Below are positions 59,155-64,000 of a DNA stretch of 64,000 nucleotides, piece by piece (within the stretch, counting starts at the first letter, position 1; every line of letters starts with the position of its first letter). The stretch is from the IMG/VR virus record IMGVR_UViG_3300000114_000007, positions 13 through 64,012 of that record; one strand, given 5' to 3'. A program made the translations under genes and the position numbers. The notes beneath the pieces are model-generated. The model ran no database searches and was not told the DNA's origin. It saw nothing but the letters and a program-made list of their open reading frames with translations. Source of the DNA: a virus.

Positions 59155-59460
59155 ATGAAAGCTATAGGAATAATCAGAAGAATTGACGACCTCGGTCGTG
59201 TTGTTATACCGAAGGAGATCAGGCGTACACTGCGTATTCGAGAGGGCGACCCGCTGGAAATTATTGTTAATGAAGATATGGTCTGCTACAGAAAATATGA
59301 TACGGTGGCAGATGTAAAGACGCTTATGTCGGAACTTATTGCTCAAATTCAAGATAGTGATCTAAATGGCAAGCGACTTGATGAAATTTTAAAACATGTT
59401 CGCTATGTAGATGAATGTATTAAAAGATTTGAGAAGGAGAACAGCGAGGAACAATCATGA
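59155..59460 (+). CDS. AbrB/SpoVT-family transcription regulator
   Basis: MKAIGIIRRIDDLGRVVIPKEIRRTLRIREGDPLEI. Confidence 0.9.
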   Translation: MKAIGIIRRIDDLGRVVIPKEIRRTLRIREGDPLEIIVNEDMVCYRKYDTVADVKTLMSELIAQIQDSDLNGKRLDEILKHVRYVDECIKRFEKENSEEQS

Positions 59461-60101
59461 GTAAATATGTTTTTCTGTACAAGGATAAAAACAGAGACGA
59501 CAGAGACTGTGTGAAATACATCTCAAATAACCCCATGAGATTTGAGTGTGGTCATTATTTTGGCGGTATAAACCTGAATGGGTCTTGTTTTTCAACTGAT
59601 TTCAACTATGAAAAAACAAATTATGATAATATTATCACTGTTTTAACAAAAGAGGAATTTGAGAATTTAATAAGGTTTAATGAAGAAATACATAATTTAG
59701 GATATAGCATCACAAAAGGGGATGACAGGTATAATAAGGGGCTCGAATTGATTTCTGAAATCAAGCCCATATTTGACAAACTGAATTCCGAAGAAAATGC
59801 TACATTATTTGAGAAAATAGTTGAAGAAGAAATTGAATATCTAATGGATGAATATAGTTTGTCGGAAGATGATATTAAAGAAATTTTTAATAAATATGGT
59901 ATGGAATATCGTGATAGAAGCATTATATCTTATGTATTCAATTCCATTGGCGAATGTGCCGAGGAAGAAGCAGAATCGCTCGGGTATGTGACAAAGAACA
60001 ATGAAAGATGGTTCAATTATGAGAAGTTCGGAGAGGATCTTTTAGAGGAAGAAAGATATTTGGAATTATCTGATGGTCGAGTGGCTGTATCGAATTATTA
60101 G
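59457..60101 (+). CDS. Acidic protein with ArdA-like C-terminus
   Basis: WFNYEKFGEDLL...YLELSDG resembles the ArdA YxDYExxGRDL motif. Confidence 0.5.
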   Translation: MSKYVFLYKDKNRDDRDCVKYISNNPMRFECGHYFGGINLNGSCFSTDFNYEKTNYDNIITVLTKEEFENLIRFNEEIHNLGYSITKGDDRYNKGLELISEIKPIFDKLNSEENATLFEKIVEEEIEYLMDEYSLSEDDIKEIFNKYGMEYRDRSIISYVFNSIGECAEEEAESLGYVTKNNERWFNYEKFGEDLLEEERYLELSDGRVAVSNY

Positions 60102-60110
60102 GAGGTAGGT

Positions 60111-60445
60111 ATGAGGATTTGGACATGTTCCGATTGTGCAGAAAAGATGAAATTAGCAAATAAAAAAAACCGGTCCTGTGTTGCATGGGCGGCGGTAAAA
60201 ACATTATGGAATCTGATTGTTCTGATCGACTTAACACCTATAAAAAATATGACGAGGAATTAGATGCCTTAACCATTCAACTCAATTCTTTGTATAAACA
60301 GATGAAACCTGTTCATGAGAGATATGAATATATTATGCAGTATTTTCGCCAACAAAAACAAAGAAATCTAATTACAGCAGAAGAGTATAAAATGAGAGCG
60401 GAAAGATATGTTGGGCTTAAAAAACGAAAAGGTAGCGCTCAATAA
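60111..60445 (+). CDS. Hypothetical protein interrupted by frameshift at an A8 run
   Basis: GGAGGT + ATG 60111 joins ORF 60185-60445 by a -1 shift at 60162-60170. Confidence 0.5.
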
Positions 60446-60657
60446 AATTGTTTGGCAAATCCGTTAGCTGGAGGAGTCTTTTGGATTATTTAAAGTAACA
60501 TACGAAAAAATTGACAATAATTTAAATGGTGAACAAAATGAAAGTCAGCTATAACTCAACCATATGGAGCGACACCGGCACAATCTATAATCAACGAATT
60601 AGAATGACAAAACGAGAGTTTAACTCTCTGTGTGACGCAATTTATTGTGAAATTTAA

Positions 60658-60879
60658 ATGAGTTTCCCGCAGAAAGAAAAATACTCGCATGAATGCGATG
60701 CAGTGCTGAAAAAGTATTTCAAGGTGCCGACATTAAGCGAGTTTGATTATCCATTATTAAAAAGACCAATGACAGTATCTTATCTAACATTGACACAGGC
60801 GAGATATTTGAGGAAATATTCTGAATTAAAGGATAGGTTAAAAATGGATAGAAACACATATATTTTGATTAAGGGATAG
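60658..60879 (+). CDS. Hypothetical protein
   Basis: 73-aa ORF, weak RBS. Confidence 0.4.
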   Translation: MSFPQKEKYSHECDAVLKKYFKVPTLSEFDYPLLKRPMTVSYLTLTQARYLRKYSELKDRLKMDRNTYILIKG

Positions 60880-60892
60880 GAGAAGATAAATA

Positions 60893-61972
60893 ATGAAATT
60901 TACAGTTGATACATACGAATTTAAAAAGGCTCTTGAAAAAGCATTCAAAGTAACGGGCGTAAAAACGATTGAATCCTTGGAGAATATAAAAATAGTAAAG
61001 GTTGAGCATGATTGTCATCTTCTAGCAAGCGATCTTGAACAGTTTGTAGATATTACCATTGACAGTAGTTCAAACGAGGATTGTGAATTCCAATTCTCAG
61101 ACACAAAAGCTCTTCTAAAAGCTATGAAATTTTTCACTGGACCTCAGATTGATTTTGAATATGAAGGTGAAACAGTTACAATTTCTTGTAATGGCAAGAA
61201 AGCAAAACAGAGAATATTTGATATGGATTTCCCGGAGTTCCCTCAAATTATGGAAAAGCCAAATAATGATTTTGGTTACAGCAATAAAAAATTAAAAGAA
61301 AGATCCGCCGCTATTAAATATGCTGTTTCTACCGATAAAGACCGGCCGATTTTTACAGGAGTTTGTTTTAAGAACAACGATATGGTGGCAGTTGATGGAC
61401 ATAGACTTGCAGTTAATCGAGATTGCAATTTAAACATTTCAAAATCTTTTATTATACCTTTCAATGCATTGAAAAATATGGGCGAAATTATGGACAATGA
61501 AATAAGAATCGCAACTACCGATAAATACATACAAGTCAAAGATAAACAAACGACGTTTACGGCAAGATTGCTTGCGGGAGAATTTTTTAAATATGAAGAT
61601 TCGATTGTTAAAAGTCAGAATCGGTCTATTGACATAGATATTGAAAATTTTACGAAGGGGTTAAAATATCTCAAAATATTTTTCGATGCGAAGAGTGAAA
61701 AAAGAGTTCATTGGCACAATAATAAAATTGGTGTTGAAACCGCAAGCGGTTATTTTGAAAGCGAGGTCAATGTTGAGGGCCAAATGGATGTTGAAATGGC
61801 TTTTAATGCTGATTATATGCTTGATGGATTGGGACAATTTAAAAATAAAGTGTCGATTCATATTGGAAATAATACATCTCCAATGTTACTGACATCCGAG
61901 GATGATGCGGACAATATCGCTTTGGTTTTGCCAATGCGAAACGACCGGCCTGTGTTTAATAAGGTTGCGTAA
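60893..61972 (+). CDS. dnaN: DNA polymerase III beta sliding clamp
   Basis: DFPEFP, RPIFTGV, VAVDGHRLA, RLLAGEF, FNADYMLD, LVLPMR; 359 aa. Confidence 0.9.
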   Translation: MKFTVDTYEFKKALEKAFKVTGVKTIESLENIKIVKVEHDCHLLASDLEQFVDITIDSSSNEDCEFQFSDTKALLKAMKFFTGPQIDFEYEGETVTISCNGKKAKQRIFDMDFPEFPQIMEKPNNDFGYSNKKLKERSAAIKYAVSTDKDRPIFTGVCFKNNDMVAVDGHRLAVNRDCNLNISKSFIIPFNALKNMGEIMDNEIRIATTDKYIQVKDKQTTFTARLLAGEFFKYEDSIVKSQNRSIDIDIENFTKGLKYLKIFFDAKSEKRVHWHNNKIGVETASGYFESEVNVEGQMDVEMAFNADYMLDGLGQFKNKVSIHIGNNTSPMLLTSEDDADNIALVLPMRNDRPVFNKVA

Positions 61973-61981
61973 GGGAGATAT

Positions 61982-62236
61982 ATGAATAAGTGTAAAGATA
62001 AGTATTCTGATTTTGACGTCAACAATTTAGGAATACAAAGAAAATTGAAAACATTATATAACATGAGAGAGGCAGAAAATATTGCGATGTCATTAAAATT
62101 AGGAGCAAGTCCAACAACCAATAACGCGGACATTGCAAATTATTTTAATGACGGTTGTCTTGCAGTAAGACAAGATAAAAACAATATTTTCTGGAGGTTA
62201 TTTCCCTATGGTTGGGAAGGCGAAATGTTTGCATAG
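61982..62236 (+). CDS. Hypothetical protein
   Basis: GGGAG RBS, 84 aa. Confidence 0.6.
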   Translation: MNKCKDKYSDFDVNNLGIQRKLKTLYNMREAENIAMSLKLGASPTTNNADIANYFNDGCLAVRQDKNNIFWRLFPYGWEGEMFA

Positions 62237-62244
62237 GGAGGTAT

Positions 62245-62540
<296 letters not shown>

Positions 62541-62578
62541 AAGACTTGTTTCATTAAAATATTGAAGGAGATGAAAAA

Positions 62579-62794
62579 GTGGAAAAAACACCAGTAATGT
62601 TGTCGTTCACAGGAAAACAACCTATCAAGGAACTAGAAGACAGGGCCTTTAATATTGAGATGAACTTATTCTCTGGCGTCGAACCAAAAGATTTACAAAA
62701 GGATGAGATTGAAATTTTGAAACGCAAGTATGGAGAAAACTGGTTTTATGAATTGGGATACGATGATAGTTGGGAGAAACCAATTTTTAAATAA
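62579..62794 (+). CDS. Hypothetical protein
   Basis: AAGGAG RBS, GTG start. Confidence 0.6.
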   Translation: MEKTPVMLSFTGKQPIKELEDRAFNIEMNLFSGVEPKDLQKDEIEILKRKYGENWFYELGYDDSWEKPIFK

Positions 62795-62802
62795 GGAGAA
62801 TT

Positions 62803-63045
62803 ATGATGCAGAAATGTAAAATTTGCGAATGTGAATTTGACGATTTTGAAGTTATGTATGAAATCAACACAGGATTCGAAGATGAATATATTGAGTGTTT
62901 TAACTGTCATGTTGAAGCAATGGAATATTCTATAACGACATGTAATTCCTGTGGTGAGTATTTTAGTGGAGAACATTTGAAAATCAATTCTGTAAACGGA
63001 GAACAAGAAATTTGTCCTTATTGCGATGAAATTTGGTGTGATTAA
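62803..63045 (+). CDS. Acidic multi-CxxC zinc-finger protein
   Basis: Four CxxC motifs in 80 aa. Confidence 0.7.
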   Translation: MMQKCKICECEFDDFEVMYEINTGFEDEYIECFNCHVEAMEYSITTCNSCGEYFSGEHLKINSVNGEQEICPYCDEIWCD

Positions 63046-63061
63046 AGAGTGGGGTGTAAAA

Positions 63062-63571
63062 ATGAAAATTGATGTTATTAAAGGTGATATTACAAAAGTC
63101 AAGGTAGACGCAATTGTAAATGCAGCCAACAATACTCTTTTAGGAGGTGGAGGAGTGGATGGTGCAATTCACCGCGCAGCAGGACCCAAATTATTGGAAG
63201 AATGCAGAATGTTAAAAGGTTGCGAAACGGGCAAGGCTAAAATAACCGGTGGGTACCGGCTTCCTGCAAAGTTTGTTATTCATACTGCGGGTCCGATATG
63301 GACAGGTGGAAACAACAACGAAGAATTGCTTTTACGCGATTGTTATTTGAACTGTTTAAAGCTGACGGTTGAAAATCATGTAAAGACAATTGCTTTTCCG
63401 TGTATTAGCACTGGCGCATATCATTTTCCGATATGGAAAGCAGCAAAAATAGCCGTTGATACGGTAATAGATTTTGCTTGGAATAATGAGGAATCTGAGA
63501 TTGAGGAAGTGTATTTTGTTTGTTACGATGAAGACAATTATATAGAATATATTACAATGTTTGAAGTGTAA
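63062..63571 (+). CDS. Macrodomain protein (MacroD/YmdB-type ADP-ribose hydrolase)
   Basis: [42 protein letters not shown]. Confidence 0.92.
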   Translation: MKIDVIKGDITKVKVDAIVNAANNTLLGGGGVDGAIHRAAGPKLLEECRMLKGCETGKAKITGGYRLPAKFVIHTAGPIWTGGNNNEELLLRDCYLNCLKLTVENHVKTIAFPCISTGAYHFPIWKAAKIAVDTVIDFAWNNEESEIEEVYFVCYDEDNYIEYITMFEV

Positions 63572-63600
63572 CTAAAAATTAAAATAAAGGAGCAAAAGAT

Positions 63601-64000
63601 ATGAGTGAAAATACAATTCAGAATAATAATATAGCCTACAAAGGGTTCGATGTTGATGAGAATGGAAATTTATATTGTCAACATGCTTTCTATCCCAAGA
63701 AATATTATAAATTAGGTGAGATCGAAACAGTTTCAGGTGATTTGGTAATATGCCAAAATGGTATGCATTTTTGTTGGAATATCAATGATGTAAATGATTT
63801 CTATAGTTTGAGAGAAAAGGTAATATGTAAAATTGAAGTTTTGGGCGACGTAATTAATCAAGAAAATATGAAAAAATCATGTACCAATAAATTGAAAATC
63901 CTTGAGATATTAACAAAAGAACAAGTTTTTTCAATATCCAATACTGGAGTTGATAATACGGGACTGTGCAACACCGGCAACCGCAACACCGGCAACTGCA
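63601..64000 (+). CDS. Phage protein with NTGxx pentapeptide repeats, truncated by the window edge
   Basis: AYKGF...CQNGMHFC...KSCTNKLKI then NTGVDNTGLCNTGNRNTGNC; AAGGAG RBS. Confidence 0.8.
   Translation, partial: MSENTIQNNNIAYKGFDVDENGNLYCQHAFYPKKYYKLGEIETVSGDLVICQNGMHFCWNINDVNDFYSLREKVICKIEVLGDVINQENMKKSCTNKLKILEILTKEQVFSISNTGVDNTGLCNTGNRNTGNC

Overview
The whole window is the genome (or prophage) of a large, AT-rich, SPbeta-like siphophage of a Clostridia-type host; no host genes or attachment site are visible. Bases 1-48.8 kb are on the minus strand. In transcription order they encode a serine recombinase, an SF2-type helicase, a YonO-like single-subunit RNA polymerase, ClpP/PhoH/YonK/phosphoesterase/HU, a five-gene accessory cassette, an intein-containing terminase, portal, scaffold, capsid, tail genes, a tape measure gene split by a group I intron (13602-15138) with a homing endonuclease, and baseplate/fibre genes ending in a GC-rich swapped tip. 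A non-coding stretch with a mirror-image strand skew near 49.6 kb separates this arm from a plus-strand early region. That region holds a sigma-like factor, tRNA-Ile2 and tRNA-Leu, AbrB/SpoVT-like, ArdA-like, beta-clamp and macrodomain genes. The least explained signals are: (i) a ~450-nt densely paired non-coding RNA candidate between the sigma-like gene and a codon-biased unknown gene; (ii) a ~208-nt CCA-ended RNA candidate between the two tRNAs; (iii) the accessory cassette at 35.2-38.4 kb, where four genes are preceded by ACATTTT direct repeats and which is bracketed by tRNA-minihelix elements. All family calls come from motif recognition by eye, not database searches.
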